NCBI RefSeq assembly: GCF_004010195.1
Contig: NC_057719.1
Span: forward strand, 42,307,820-42,371,819
From: Chiloscyllium plagiosum
Lineage: Eukaryota
DNA length: 64,000 bases
Direction: 5' to 3'
A program made the translations under genes and the position numbers. Numbering within the stretch: the first letter of the stretch is position 1; the number at the start of each line of letters is the position of its first letter. The notes beneath the pieces are model-generated. The model saw only the letters and a program-made list of their open reading frames with translations. It was not told where the DNA came from and searched no databases. Of this stretch, positions 38,036-52,786 are shown piece after piece.

Positions 38036-38639
38036 TTCACACGTAGAACATAGAATAGTACAGCACAGGGCAGACCCTTCGGCCTGTTAAGTTCTTTTTT
38101 TCCTGAGATCCTTCCACACTTGATGCAACTGCAACACACCAACTTCTGTGAACAACCAAAGTTTATTAAGCACAATAAATACATGCTTTGGAGAAACCCT
38201 GAACACTCTTCGCCATGCTTGCGAAGCATGTCCAAGGAAGCTATCCGAACAAAGGAAACAGTCCTTCATTTATAGAAAGTCTTTACATCACAGTCAGTAA
38301 TGCCCACAAGACAACCCCCAGTCACTCCCTTTTAGTTATATGCCACTCAAGATACAATGCAGTGACCACGTCGTCTCCAGAAACAATGTAATGCAAATCA
38401 TCCCTTAATGGCCAGATCTGGTGTGAATTGTATTTTTTTATAACTGTAGGGTGTGGTCAGAATTTCCATTGCAGTCTTCCAGCTGACTTCATAGGTGATG
38501 ATGTTGCAAATGGCTCTGAATGGCAAGGGATGACAATGTAAATTCACTTACATTCTATCTGTAGTACAGAGACATTCCACCCTCTCCTCGAGGCATCCAA
38601 TTTCCTGCAGGTCAGAGAGCAAACTAATTCTGTAAGTAA

Positions 38640-39460
38640 TATCACACTGCCCACCATGTCTGTGCCAACCATAATGCTACTCTAATCTAATCCCATCTGC
38701 CTGCACATGATCTGTATCCCTGTATTCCCTGTTTGTTCATGTTTGTCTAAATGCCTCTTAAAACAGTTATCATAGCTGCTTCTACCACGTCCCCTGCCGT
38801 GCATTCTGGGCACCCTCTGTGTTTTTTTAAAAAAAAAACTTGCCTTGCACATCTCCTTTAAACTTTACCCCTCTGACTTTAAACCTATGCTCCCTAGTAT
38901 TTGACATTTCATCCTGAAAAAATGATTCCAACTATCCACTCTATCCATGTCTCTCATAACTTTCCTTCGTCTATTAGGTCGCTTATCTGCCCTTGAGGTC
39001 AAGTGAAAACAATCCAATTTGTCCAACTTCTCCATATAGTTAATACATTCCAATCCTGGCAACATCCTGGTAAAACTGTCTTGCACACTCTCCAAACCCT
39101 CTTTTACCTTTCTGTAATGAGGTGACCAGAACTGCAGTGAAGAAGGCATTTGGTATGCTTTCCTTCATTGGTCAGGGCATTGAGTATAGGAGTTGAGGTC
39201 ATGTTGCGGCTGTACAGGACATTGGTTAGGCCACTTTTGGAATATTGTGTGCAATTCTAGTTTCCCTCCTATTGAAAAGATGTTGGTGAAACTTGAAAGG
39301 GTTCAGAAAGGATTTACAAGGATGTAGCTAGGTTGGAGGGTTTGAGCAATAGGAAGAGGCTGAATAGGCTGGAGCTGTTTCCCTGGACCATTGGAGGCTG
39401 AGGGTTGACCTTTATAAGATTTGAGGTTTATAAGATCAAAGTAGCATGGATGGGGTATTA
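38640..39460. mobile_element. Two CR1 3' fragments joined back-to-back (- 38640-39136; + 39137-39460)
   Basis: Both carry QFWSP/FTRML-type segments in opposite orientation. Confidence 0.65.
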
Positions 39461-40033
39461 AGGACTTACCATTCTCCATAACACTTACCTGTCAAGATAA
39501 TATGATGAGTTTTCGGCCATTCTGGGTACCACACCTTCAGTAGGATGCATTGGCTTTAGTGGGAGTGTAGTGTACAAATACCAGAATAATTCCTGAATTC
39601 CAGGAGTATATTACAGGGAAAGATCGTATAGCTAAGGGCTCTAGATTCTTACTTTTGATCCCTATGTCTATATGTTCAAGGTTCTGTATTCATGTATTTT
39701 CTTCACTGTCTCATCATATCTCTTGATTTTCCATCTTGCCTGCACTTGGGAAGTACCTGGTCCCTACTGAATATCTACTTGGTGTAGCATTTGAGATTGA
39801 GAAGTCATCTTGCAAAGAGCTGTGGACACAAACTTTACTGCAACATCTTCCTCACTGTGGAACTGCTTTAAAAATGGCAGTTTTCTGAATAAAATAATTC
39901 TTTTTTTAATTCACATTATCCATACATGTACTATTTCTTAAGATTACGAATGTATTCATATTTTCTGAGTAACACAATTTACTCCTAAGTGTTTTGCCAC
40001 AGACACTAATTTGCAATTCCAAATATCTTTTAG

Positions 40034-40136
40034 GGTGGAAACAATGCTGGCCATACGGTCGTTGCAGATGGAAAGGAATACGACTTTCACCTTTTCCCAA
40101 GTGGCATTATTAACCCTAAAGCTATTTCCTTTATTG
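40034..40136 (+). CDS. ADSS1: ADSS1-type exon 2
   Basis: [34 protein letters not shown]; 103 nt; AG/GT. Confidence 0.96.
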
Positions 40137-40426
40137 GTAAGTCAATTAACTTGAACAAACTGCAAAGTTTTGAGAAATAAATAATTGATAAATGTGTCAC
40201 TGCCATTCATATTGAGAACATATAATGCTTTTTCCATTTTCCATGCTGTTAAGTACTTTCAGCTCTGGTGACTGGATGCTGTAATTCACTGCAGCATCCG
40301 TAGGCTGGGGTAGAAAAATCAGCTTGATTATTCAGTAGTTTCTGGCAAAAATATGTAAAACACTTAGAGAAAACATGGTCAGGCTCATTCATAATGTCCA
40401 TTTAATAATGGAATTGGCATAAGCAG

Positions 40427-40937
40427 CACCTTCCCCTGCCACCGCAGGAATTGCAAAACCTGCGCCCACACCTCCTCCCTCACCTCTATCCAATGCCCTG
40501 AAGGAGCCTTCCACATCCATCACAGTTTTACCTGCACATCCACCAATATCATTTATTGTATCCGTTGCTCCCGATGCGGTCTCCTCTACATTGGGGAGAC
40601 TGGACGCCTCCTAGCAGAGCGCTTTAGGGAACATCTCCGGGACACCCGCACCAATCAACCACACCGTCCTGTGGCCCAACATTTCAACTCCCCCTCCCAA
40701 TCTGCCGAGGACATGGAGGTCCTGGACCTCCTTCACCGCCNGCTGCCCCAATCACCTATTGTACTCTATGCTACTTTCTCCCCACCCCCCCCCTCCTCTA
40801 GCTTATCTCTCCACCCTTCAGGCTCTCTGCCTTCATTCCTGATGAAGGGCTTTTGCCCAAAACGTCGATTTTACTGCTCCTCAGATGTGCCTGAGTGCCT
40901 GAACTGCTGTGCTCTTTCAGCACCACTTATCCAGAAT
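40427..40937 (+). mobile_element. Penelope-like 3' fragment (GIY-YIG + terminus with HHR mutated GAAA to AAAA)
   Basis: Closely similar to 13140-13455 and 9173-9650; single-N gap at 40741; ctgatgaagggcttttgcccaaaacgtc at 40839. Confidence 0.87.
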
Positions 40938-42011
40938 AAACATTATATTGTCCACATCATTAGAAAAATGACCATGAGAAGTCTAACTGGGATCTGCCAT
41001 CTGTGGTTCCATACTTAAGCATAGATCATGAAATACTAGTATAAGAGATCACTAGGATTGGAGGAATGAACAAACTAAAATCATTTGTGTATCCAAGCTG
41101 AGGTTTTTATTCAACCTGTTCGGGTGTTTGATGTTCTCTGACTCATCTTCAGGGCAGGTGGGGACTTTGGACCAGAACTTATGATCCCAAAGGTAAGCAC
41201 ACACCCACTGCGCGAACTTAGCATTGAGTATAATGGTTAAAAATCACTTGTCCATTGAGAGATATTTCACGAGAAATAACTTGACTCAAGTGCTTGAATG
41301 ACAATAATGAAGATGACTGGTTGCAGTAAAATCTGAGTGCCAGTTTTCAAAGCCATTGGGATCCTGTAAGGATATTAATGTCACATAGTATTACAGCAGA
41401 TCAGTGAGCTGAATTGTTCACTTGTTTTCAGCAATGAAACAGGAAGGAAGCCATAAAACTGTGGAATATTGCAGGGAGAGTGAGAGAAACTTTTAAACTT
41501 CAAAAATCTTGAGACCTAAAGCCTATAAATTTTACAAGAGTAGAATGCTTGGAAAGAACCTTTGTGGTGCAGTGGTAATGTCCTGACCTTCAATTTAAAG
41601 GTTGGACACCGTTCCATCTACTCCAGATGTATGCCATTATATGCCTGAACAAGTTAATGAAACATGACTAACTGAATTCACAGAGTTAACTTATATGCAT
41701 ATTTAAATGGAATTTGAAACACTGTCTTACCTTTAAAGGGCTCTTGTGCTGCAGTGATAGTGACCCTGCCTCTGAACCAGAAGGTCAGAGGTCAAGTCTC
41801 AACTACTCCTAAGGTGTATCATAATGAATTGATTGAAAATATGTCACGGTTAGGAGTTTATTACGCAGTAAGGCATGTCACCTTTGAATGAATGGATGTT
41901 TTAAGGCATTCATACTGATCTGAACTTGGAGTGTATTTCTGATTCTTTTTGAAAGATTTGAAAGCTATTCCTAATTACCATATTCTAATACATAGTATTT
42001 TTCTACTTTAG

Positions 42012-42074
42012 GGAATGGTGTTGTAATACATTTACCTGGCTTGTTTGAAGAAGCTGAAAAGAATGAAAGAAAAG
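42012..42074 (+). CDS. ADSS1: ADSS1-type exon 3
   Basis: [21 protein letters not shown]; 63 nt; AG/GT. Confidence 0.96.
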
Positions 42075-43293
42075 GTACACTTGTTCAGCTTTGCATATTT
42101 TGTAACAGTTACGTGAAATATTACATTGAAATTAGAGCTTCTTGAATCATTTTGAATTGAATAATAAAATGTATGAAAGAATTATGTTAATTTATAGATT
42201 TTTTTTTCCTCAGCCCATACCACCATAAATTGAAACAAATCAAACATGAATAGGACACTCAACCTTTCAAATCTTATCTCTGTCTTAATTGGGTGGCCTT
42301 ATTTTCAAACAGTGATCCCTTGTTCTGTATTCTCCTGCAAGAGGAAACATTCTTTCTACAAACAAGCACCCTGCCAAGACTCCTCAGAATTTTGTCTCAA
42401 TCAAGGCACCTCTTTCTCTTCTGAATTCCAGCAGTTACAAACCTAGCTTGTCGATCTCTCCTCCTCAACCAGCTCATTCCAAGTTTTAGTCAAGTAAGTT
42501 TCCCATGAGCTGCTTCCCATGCATTTACATCCATTCTTAAATATAGTGATCTCACTAAAGCTCTCCATAACTAACGTATAACCTCTGACCTATGTCATCA
42601 GATTTAGCAACCATATCTTCAGTCCCTTACAGAAGTTGTCAAAAGTTAAGCCCCAGCACTGGAATCTGTGGCACACCTCTTGTTACATCTTGCAACCACA
42701 AAATGACCCATTTATGTCAATTCTGCTTGTTCCTGTTAGTGAGCCAATCTTCTATCCAGGTCAATATGTTACCCCCTGCACCATGGTGGAATTTTCCCAT
42801 TTTCCACTGAAATGTGTTGTCAAATGGGATCCAGAAGTGTCCAGTTTCTCAGCCTCCTCCATGTCTTTGATTACAGCCTGCAACAGTTTTAGCTGAGGAG
42901 GGTGAGCCTGCATCTGGACAGGAGCCTCTTTGGAGGCCTGGGCCATACTTACCCGAAAATACCCAGAGACAGCGACCTCAACGTTCGAAAGCCACAGAAC
43001 CAAAGACAGAGCAGGCTTCCTCCACCCCAGATATGAAAGTCAGGACTGCAGTTAGAATTAGTGGAAGGCAAAGGTACAAAAGAGCTAAATGACGCAAGTG
43101 GCACAAGTGAAACCTTTCACTTTTGTAAATATAGGTGAGATGTGACAGCAAAAGTGTTTCATCACAGAACAAGTAATCCAAAGCTCCAGGTAATGTTCTG
43201 GGGACATGAATTCAAATTACGCTACAGTGCAATTTGAATTCAACAAAACATCTTGAATTAGAAATCTAATGATCTTTGTCAAAACAAATATAT

Positions 43294-43614
43294 TAGATTA
43301 GATTAGATTACCTACAATGTGGAAACAGGCTCTTCGACACAACAAGTCCACACCAACTCTCCGAAGAGAAACCCATTCCCCTATATTTACCCCTGACTAA
43401 ACCACCTAACACTACAGGCAATTTAGCATGGCCAATTCACCTAACCAGCATATCTTTGGACTCTGGGAGGAAACCGGACCACCAGGAGGAAACCCACGCA
43501 GACACTGGGAGAATGTGTACACTCCACACAGATAGTTGCCTGGGGCAGAAATTGAACCTGGGTCCCTGGTGCTGTGAGGCAGCAGTGCTAACCACTGAGC
43601 CACCGTCCCGCCCC
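43294..43614 (-). mobile_element. tRNA-derived HE1-like SINE
   Basis: Minus strand ggtggctcagtggttagcactgctgcctcacagc head with A/B-box-like sequence; (aatct)n tail. Confidence 0.85.
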
Positions 43615-43830
43615 ATAGAAGAAAAATTGCCAACATGTGACGACAGTAATGCAGTTGATCCTTAATTTGTATTTCACCTTCTATCTGACCGTGCAGCTCT
43701 GAATCATTAGCTTGCAAGTATTTAATGGGTTCTTTAAGGTCTGAACAAAATGATCACAAGAAGACATGTGTCCTACAATATATAGCCAATTTATTAACCT
43801 ACTTAACATATATACAAACCAATCTGTTAG

Positions 43831-44109
43831 AGAGTTTTGAGAAGATCTTTAGCTCATGTTGAGGTTCAGGATGTAGGTTTGCTCGCTGAGCTGAAGATTC
43901 ATTTTCAACATTTCATCACCATACTAGGTAACATCTTCAGTGAGCTTCTGGATGAAGCACTGGTGGCAATGGTCTGCTTTCTATTTGTGTGTTTAGGTTT
44001 CCTTTGGTTGGTGATGTAATTTCCTGTGGTGATCATCTGAAGGCTCACTGAATATGGTGACGAAACATCTGAAAACGAACCTTCCAGCTCAGCAAGGAAA
44101 CCTACATCC
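43831..44109. mobile_element. Family-3 PLE-terminus element with inverted ends and decayed HHRs
   Basis: 17-bp TSD with 2 mismatches (acaaaccaatctgttag 43814-43830, acaaactaatctattag 44110-44126); similar to 26078-26285. Confidence 0.8.
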
Positions 44110-44469
44110 ACAAACTAATCTATTAGTTTAAACTATTTTGTATATAAATTAATGAGCAAATCTATTAGCATAAACTACTTTATACATACTCGAACTAATG
44201 AGTTTCACTATTTTGTCTTCATATTGGAGTCTTTGGACAGCTGGCACTTCAAGATCCATCTCAGATTCCACAGACCCAGTCTTATGAACATGGTCAAATG
44301 GAGAAAATCCAATGAGTGGGCTGATGCTATAAGAATAATACTATAGTACTGCACTGATTACATGCTATATCATCATTTCATGGTATTTTCTGTACTTTTC
44401 CAGACATTCTATTGTGCAAAAAAAACAAGTGAAAGATATCTCCAGTTGGCTCCATATAGTTTTGCTCAA

Positions 44470-44960
44470 CTTGAGAAAGGATTACTGGCACTCGAGGAGG
44501 TGCAGAGGAGGTTCACTTGGTTGATTCCAAAGTTGAGGGGTTGACTTAAGAGGAGAGCCTGAGGAGACAGGGATTACATTCATTGGAATTTAGGAGAATG
44601 AGGGGGGTGTTATAGAAACATTCAAAATTTTGAAGGGAATAGATAAAATAGAAGTAGAGAGGATGTTTCCACTAGTGGGTGAAACTAGGACAAGTGGGCA
44701 TAGCCTCAAAACTAGGGGAAGCAGATTGAGGAGGAACCTTTTTACCCAAAGGGTTGTGAATCTGTGGAATTCCATACCCAGTGAAGTAGTTGAGGCTTCC
44801 TCTTTAAAGCTAAGATTTTTTTGAACAGTAAGGGAATTAAGGATTATGGTGAAAGGGCAGGTAGGTGGAGCTGAGGCCACAAAAAGATCAGCCATGACCT
44901 TATTGAATGTCAGAGTTGGCTGGAAGGGCCAGATGGCCTACTCCTACTCGTTCTTACATT
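44470..44960 (+). mobile_element. CR1-type LINE 3' fragment
   Basis: LEEVQRRFT, ETRTSGHSLK, FTQRVVNLWNS. Confidence 0.8.
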
Positions 44961-46606
44961 ATAAATACTTAAAAGAATAGTTCACCCTCAAACAATCAAG
45001 ATTATGCAGTTACTGCCCAACCAAACATAGTTACACCAGCCTATTCTTATTTATTTTTCCACTTTGCTTCAATTGCTCATTTTTGTGTCCAATATACCCT
45101 TTACCATTAACCTCAATCTTCTGATTTGGAGGTATTATTTTTGAGTCCAACACTACAAGCTCCTGCACTCCTAGCCACGATTCCCATGTTTTCTGTGTGA
45201 ATCCCCAACCTCTGCAACTGGAAGCTGATGCTAAGCAGGTGCACACACAGCCACATAGCATAGAGGGAACATTACTCCTAGCCTGCCTTTGTAGGTCTGT
45301 TCGTCCATTTGTGGTTACCATTAAAATTTAACCCGTAAGTGACAGAAATTGATTCAACCCTTGCACTGTCCCTCTGTTTCAAAGTAGAGTTTAGAAGGGG
45401 TAATGTAGTGAGACTTGGTCCAGAAGCATGCATGATGTAATGGTGAGGCTGGTGGTTTACTGATGCCAACTTGCTTGGACAAAGGGATGAGGAAGCTAAT
45501 CACTGTGGAGCATGATGGGATATTGTTTTGAAGAAGGAGCTGTATAATAGTTAGGAAAGCACCTGCTCTGATTTACATATTGGGAATATGCACCTTATTT
45601 CTCAGTGATGAGAATTTGAAGTGACACATAATTACGGGATGTTGGAGCTTAAATAATTGCATGCTAATGCATGGGAATAGTCACTGTTGGCCAACGAGAA
45701 TCTGAAGTTGCCAGTTGTTTCTTGAGAGGAATATTGGAAAAGATTTTCTTGGAATATTCGTAAAGAACATGTTTTTTTTTATGCTCACTGCATTTTCCCA
45801 CATTTCTTGCCATTGTTCACATCACATAGAGGGTGAGATTCTGTTCCATGCTACTTTCTGTATGCATTCTTTATTTAGAGCTTGAAATGTTTGTTATCCT
45901 CCCACAAAGTGAGAATTCTACTCCTTCCCAACTCTTGCTGTTTAAATATGTGACTCTGACATCATTATTATGGGTATACTTCTGATGTTAATCAAGGTAC
46001 TCTACAAAATTGTTCCTTAATCCTAACCAAACTGGATCTGTCTTCGACCTCCTGCAACTGCTTTGGTACTGTAATTTCTTCTTTAATAAATTCCACCATT
46101 CCTCTCTTTTGTTTTGCTACCTTGGGATACTAAGGAAGTATATATTTAAGTAAGTTAATTCCTGATAAAGATTTTCAAGTGAAACAGTTAGCAGCTTTAG
46201 GAAGTTATCTCCAGAAAGTTTAAGCTCTCAGAACTTGTCAAAGTTTCAATCACCAGTCAATGTCAGAAATTGCATAACTTGTCATCCAATATCTTGAATT
46301 ATCCATTTGATTCTGTCTTAATGCTGTAGTCCTGGACATCTCTACTTCCTCTAATGAGGATCCACTTTAACTTCCCTTTTTCTTCCTGTCCATTTCAATA
46401 GCATTATAACCAGGACTGCGTTCCCACTGTAGTCTAATTTTAATTCCATCAGTTATGACCATGAAAGTCCTTGGAGCTGATCTCACTCAGCCAGCTTTAC
46501 TTTAGTCAAGTGGAGCCTACTTTGAGAAATTTGCTTACCCTGTCTCATGGTTGAATCTATATTAATTCTATGTTTTGATCTTCTGTACTCTTATATATTT
46601 TACCAG

Positions 46607-46657
46607 GATTAAAAGAATGGGAGAAGAGGTTGATCATTTCAGACAGAGCACATTTGG
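46607..46657 (+). CDS. ADSS1: ADSS1-type exon 4
   Basis: GLKEWEKRLIISDRAHL; 51 nt; AG/GT. Confidence 0.96.
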
Positions 46658-46845
46658 GTACGTAAGTGATGCTAAAGCTGTTCTTAAAATCTAGTTTGTT
46701 GAAAGAACCAAGCTGTGAATTTCTTAACGATTTAGTGGGTTCTTGGTTTGGTAATGTATTTTGTAACACTGAAATTAAGGAAATTAGAAAATGCAATTTC
46801 ATGTATGTTTTAAACTCTTAACTTTTTATTTGTTTTGTTTAACAG

Positions 46846-46912
46846 TGTTTGATTTTCATCAAGCTGTTGATGGTCTCCAAGAAATTCAGCGACAAGAGCA
46901 AGAGGGAAAAAA
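46846..46912 (+). CDS. ADSS1: ADSS1-type exon 5
   Basis: VFDFHQAVDGLQEIQRQEQEGK; 67 nt; AG/GT. Confidence 0.96.
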
Positions 46913-47560
46913 GTAAATATGACTATCAGTGTTAAATATGTGATGCAGCAGCACATTAGAAGTTAAGTCAGCTTAATAAATATTGTTATTCTTGTTTATA
47001 CTTAATGGATATTATTCCATTTTATGCCATTTATACAATTGTTTCTTGACAGGAACAGCAGCATCAGTGTTTAATTGTAATGATAATAGTGCTGAATTGA
47101 GAAGTGGCCTTCCTATATGTTTCTGACCACTGGGTATTTCCAACCCAAGACTTGCCAGTAAAAGTATACGTAGACATCTGTGATTTTACGTCAGATTTAG
47201 CCCATTAGTATAGACTAAAAAAACAGCAAAATGTTTTCATAGTACTGGCCTGTGCCTCTCTTTTGACTTCAGGAAATATCTGTACCCTAAAACTAAATCC
47301 TTCAGTTAAATGTATGCACACAATGTTAGTGCAGTGCCTTTGGAGTAGCTTGGGCAGCAAGGGAATTGCATCACATTCCAAAATAGATTCCACTGTGAGC
47401 TATCCATTGATATTTCTTAAAGAACAAATCTACATTTATCTTCAAGAGTTTTCTTTCCACCACTTTCCTTTGCCAAATTATTTATAAAACGTACTTTTAA
47501 TCAAAAGATGGGACTTCTTTCTTATACATTATATTAACGAACTGTATGTTGTCTTTCTAG

Positions 47561-47668
47561 TATTGGCACCACAAGAAAGGGGATAGGACCGACATACTCC
47601 TCCAAAGCAGCACGAACTGGTCTCCGAATCTGTGACCTTTTGGCTGACTTCAGTGACTTCAGCTCCAG
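47561..47668 (+). CDS. ADSS1: ADSS1-type exon 6
   Basis: [36 protein letters not shown]; 108 nt; AG/GT. Confidence 0.96.
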
Positions 47669-48907
47669 GTAAAAACTAGGAACTTTTGCAGATATTCACA
47701 TTAATGGGATGACCTAGATTATAGTTCAGCGAATTACTGAAGTTTGCTTGTAGTGTGTAATTTGTTGATAATACTAAGTAGCTCTGGATTGAATTTAAGT
47801 CTCACTTGTGCATTTTGTTACACATGTAAGGCTCTGAACCAAGTTTCCTACCATTCCCTTGATTGTTAGGTGTTATTGGATATATGGAAAGGAGGAGATA
47901 AATATTTTAAAGTGAAAAATTAATGTATACAGGATAAAATATCTTATAGGTGCAGATTCTCAAAATATTGTCAGGCCTGCTCAATTTGTTTGTGATTTTT
48001 AGTTGTCTGAAAATATTTAACATGTGAAGTGCTAACAGATTATTTAAAAATCTGGCCCAGTCTTTTCAGGTATGGGCTAAATTGTTCACAATGATGTAAC
48101 AACAAATGTAAATTATTGACTGCATATCACCAATTACTTGAAGGGTCAATCAATATGTCAGCTTTCCATGAGTGGTAATGCTGGGATTTGCAATAGTCCT
48201 TAGCTTTAATAATGTCCAGGGTCTTTCTAGAATCTGATCATGTAGTATCAGAAAATGAACCGACAGCTTTTGTTAACAAAAAATGCTAACAGTCGATGAT
48301 TGTCCAACTGGCATTTGATCACTGCACCAGTTTCTTAAGTTAAGGTTTTTGCCCACATTGCTACATTTACCTTTATTTAGTGCAAGTTTCCAACACACTC
48401 AAGATTATTTTTATAGGAAAACGAGAAAGACCACAGTGCTAACCTGCCTGCCTTGGGTCTTTCAGATCTCGTTTAACAATTGTAATATTTTTGGCTGTCA
48501 TCTAATTTTAAGGTTGTGTTGTCTTGGTTGAACCATTAGTGATGAAAATTATCAACATAAAATTAACAACTTAATTGATTTAAGAGACAGATTAGAAGAA
48601 ATTTCTCTACCCAGGATTGTTGGACCACAGAATCATTTGCTTTAGGGAGAGTGGTGAGGCAGAGGTCATTATCTCCTTGAAAGGAAAAGTGGATAAATAT
48701 TTGAAGTAGAAGATGATACCATGGTGCAGGAAGAGAGCAAGACAATGGGATTAAGTTTACATTGCTAGGTCAAAAAAATTAACGAAACCACAAAGGGCCA
48801 ATGATCACCTTATGTGCTATGAATTTCAATCATTCGTCTTTGGTTAACACAAATCCCAAATAATGGAGAGGCTAATACTACTTGTATGATTTTTGAATCC
48901 TTAACAG

Positions 48908-48989
48908 ATTTAAACTTCTGGCTCAACAATATCAGTCCATGTTTCCTAACCTGAAAGTAGACATTGAAGGACAACTTAAAAAATTAAAG
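48908..48989 (+). CDS. ADSS1: ADSS1-type exon 7
   Basis: [28 protein letters not shown]; 82 nt; AG/GT. Confidence 0.95.
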
Positions 48990-50947
48990 GTAAAATGACG
49001 AAAAAGCTTTCCAGAATCAGCAGATTTTCATCCTGTTACCCAAAATTGCATGCAAGAATTTATTATGTCATTGCATTGTCAAGGTATTTCATATAGTAAA
49101 ATATTTACCTGTGATATTGATTTGCTTACTCTTATAATAACTCCAATCAATTTTTAATTGTGCTCAAATATTTGTCCATCATACTTTTATCAATTTCAAA
49201 AGCATTTTATGGAATCCTGGAAGGAATGTGAAAATAAGTAGAAAACTAACTCTGAGAGAATAATATAAAGTTTGAGATTATCTTCAAATTAAACATTCTA
49301 ACTCCAAATCTTCAGTGCTTTATGGATGTGATACGCTTGCCCACATCGGAGTGCTAAATTTGAGGCTACTTTCTGATCTCATCAGACTGAGATCAGAATC
49401 CCATTCTATAGTGGAGGACCCTGGCTCACGCCTGCTTTTGAATAACTGTCGGTGAATGATTCAAAGAAGAAAGGCCTATGAATAAATGATTTATTTTGCT
49501 GTTCCACAAGTTAAATTGAACATCATAAAGATGCCCTAGAAAACTAGAAAATTAATGCACTATGTAAAATAAATATTTTTAACTTAAAGCGGAGATGTTT
49601 GCATTGGAGGGGGAGTTTCTGTAGCATTTCCTAAAGATGCAAGGTTCAAATCCCACATCAGAAAGTTCTGATGGGTAAAGTCCAAAGTTTCCACTCTTAA
49701 TATTGTGTTGGTATCCAGATAGATGCACAGAAATTCGATTGCCTCCACCCCCCAACCCCCAGCATGATCATGTGAGCTGCGGAAGTGCATAAAATACATA
49801 ATAATCACGAGACTCCTCTCTAAACAATGTTTATGACTTTAAAAATGTAACAACCTATTTAATCTGATATGAATGTAAACACATATGTACTTTGATCTGC
49901 TTATACTTGGTAATGTCCAGATACTCTGCGCCAATGATTGACATGTTGTATTTGTTGTGGTCACAGCCGAATGGACCGTGATCACAAAGGTCTGGACAGT
50001 TATTTATCAATTATCATGTCTACCCATATGTTGGATTAGTATATAGAGTTTATGGAAGTTCTGTGGAACCCTTGTGTCATTCAAGTTCCACCATCTGCCA
50101 TAGTAGAATTCAAACCCGAGTCCCCAGAACATTGCCTGGCTCTTTGGATTAATATTACCACTAGGCCATCACCTCGCTGAACGGAAAAGTCCTAACTTTC
50201 TGCGATGTGTTTGATCATCAATGTGCATGTGCACCATTTAAATGCAGAGCCAAACAAAGAGATGCAATTTTCATTTTGCTGTCTGGAGGAACAGCACATC
50301 TTGGACAGCAACTTCTAAATGTTCATGTTTAACTGTGAAGCTATTGCCTAAAGTTGTCCAATTTATGTACAAATAAAACTTGGCATTTTTGAACTTATGA
50401 TTATTTTTGCAGTAAATTATGGCTGAGTACCACACTTTAATTTCCTAAATTCCATCAAGCTAGATTCGATTTTTGCCAGTTATGAAAGACGTAAATAAGA
50501 ATGAAGATGGTCCTACAAGTTGGCAGTATGTCTTTTGGCTACTTCAAATATTATGCTTCATTTAATCAAATTTGTATTGTCTGTGGACTGGAGCTTTACT
50601 GTATAGGTCAATGATAGATTAGCCATTTTGTTAACCATTAGACACATTCATACTAAAATATTGCCATCTGAATCCAGTGTTACCGTGTTTGATGTTTTAA
50701 GGCTTTGCAATACAAAATCTGATACTGTTTCACTTAGCAGATTCTGAATTACAAATTTTCTTTTGAAGAGGAACAGGTTGTAGTTAATGGCAAATCTGTA
50801 ACATAGGAATGAATGGGAGAACTTCTGGTGGTAGAGTGAGCTTGCTGTTATTTGAAACTTCCTCGTAAATACAATATCTGATAACTTTCAAATTTACCTG
50901 TCTTCTTTACCAAAAGCTTGCTGTAAGGTTCTAACTCTCATTGTCAG

Positions 50948-51074
50948 GAATATGCTGAGCGTATAAGGCCAATGGTGCGAGATGGTGTTTACTTTATGCA
51001 TGAGGCTCTTCATGGTCCAGCAAAAAAAATCCTTGTGGAAGGTGCTAATGCAGCATTGCTCGACATTGATTTTG
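50948..51074 (+). CDS. ADSS1: ADSS1-type exon 8
   Basis: [42 protein letters not shown]; 127 nt; AG/GT. Confidence 0.96.
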
Positions 51075-51229
51075 GTACGTTTTTGAAACTCTGCATTTTG
51101 CCAACTAAATAAATGAATGCATATCACATTCAAAACTGAACTGAAAATGTATTAATACAGTGCAAACAAAATGATATAAGCAGCAGGGATTTAGCTGCTC
51201 TATATTGAAGCACATTCAAATTTCACAAG

Positions 51230-51655
51230 TGTTTATTTCAGATTTGTCAAGAATGGCTGAACAGTTGTAGGCCTTTACTCATTAGAGTTGGAAGAATGGC
51301 TGGTGATCTTATTGAAACTTACAAGATTCTGAGGGGGCTTGACAGAGCAGATGTTGAGAAGATGTTAGCATGAATAAAGGGATTTCCCGAAATAGGGGAC
51401 ATAGTTACTGAATAAAGTAACATTCATTTAAAACTGAGATGTAATGGAATTCCTTCTGAGAGGAGGAAACATCTGAAATTCTCTGAAACTATCTAAAGAG
51501 GAGGTAGATAGATATTTGAAATATCAGGGAATTGTAGGTTATGAGCAGCTTGCACAGAAGAGGAGTTAAACCCTGGGGCAGATCAATAATGATCTTATAG
51601 AATGTCAGGGCAGGTTTGGGGGGCTGAATGACCTGCTTCACCTCCTATGTTTTTT
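51230..51655 (+). mobile_element. CR1-type LINE 3' fragment, degraded
   Basis: Similar to 26040-26960 and 27520-27670. Confidence 0.65.
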
Positions 51656-52466
51656 TCCCATCATTTACAATATAAATGTGATACTAATGCATTAAGATCA
51701 ATATTTGGCACAATTTGTTTTTCAGCACATGTGATCACATTTGTTGATTGCTAACTTGGCTAAAATAAGAAATACCTGTGTCCACTACAGCTTTGCTATA
51801 TCACCCAGATCAGTATCAGAAGACATTCACCTCAGTCATTCACCTGCTGAGAACTAATGAGTCCAGATCAGTTTCCTTACAGGAGCAAGAAAAGTTCAGG
51901 CATAATTAAATAGAAAGTGATAACACAATTAATCAACCAGATATTCATGCTAAATGTGTATATTTAGTAAGATTAATTGTTGATGTTCAAAGGGTCATAG
52001 CATCCATTAGGCTGTTTATAGTACAGATGAGGTACTTGTTAAGATTATCAGAATTACCATATAGCTAAAACCAGCAGATACTGAAAACAGAATTGTGTAG
52101 TAAGTGCTTTAAAAAACTCCAGGTTAATGTGGTGTCTTTAGTTCCTAAAACCACTCAAATTTTTATTACAGTTGGAGTTTTCCCAATTGCAGAGAACCCT
52201 GAACAACAAGAAGAAAACAATTCACTGCTGAAACGGCTTCTAAGTTTCTAACTCCTCAAAGACAGTTGTCCATTAAGCTGTATCCATATCTTGTAAGCTT
52301 GAAGATAGAAATCATGATTAATCAATATAACTAGCTTCACTTTAGCACACCCTGTCTCTGTAGAAAACACAGGTCAAAAAAAGATTTTTGTCAATTGGGT
52401 TTATTTCCTTGTAAGTTTACATATAATTCCATCATCAAATCGTCTGATGGACCCAAACTCATCATG

Positions 52467-52786
52467 ATTAGATTAGATTACTTCGAGTGTGGAAACAGGC
52501 CCTTCGGCCCAAAAGGTCCACACCGACCCTCCGAAGAACAACCCATCCAGACCCATTCCCCTACATTTACCCCTTCACCTAATACTACGGGCAATTTAGC
52601 ATGGCCAATTCACCTAACCTGCACATCTTTGGACTGTGGGAGGAAACCAGAGCACCCAGAGGAAACCCACGCAGACACTGAGAGAATGTGCAAACTCCAC
52701 ACACACAGTCACCCGAGGCTGGAATCGAACCTGTGACCCTGGTATTGTGAGGCAGTAGTGCTAACCACTGAGCCACCGTGCCACCC
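52467..52786 (-). mobile_element. tRNA-derived HE1-like SINE
   Basis: Same head and (aatct)n tail as 43294-43614. Confidence 0.85.

Noticed and set aside
40839..40866. HHR copies at 40839, 26151, 32130-32200, 43904 and about 57990 as active ribozymes
   Set aside because: Each has core mutations (commonly GAAA to AAAA, consistent with CpG decay), so they are treated as decayed relics
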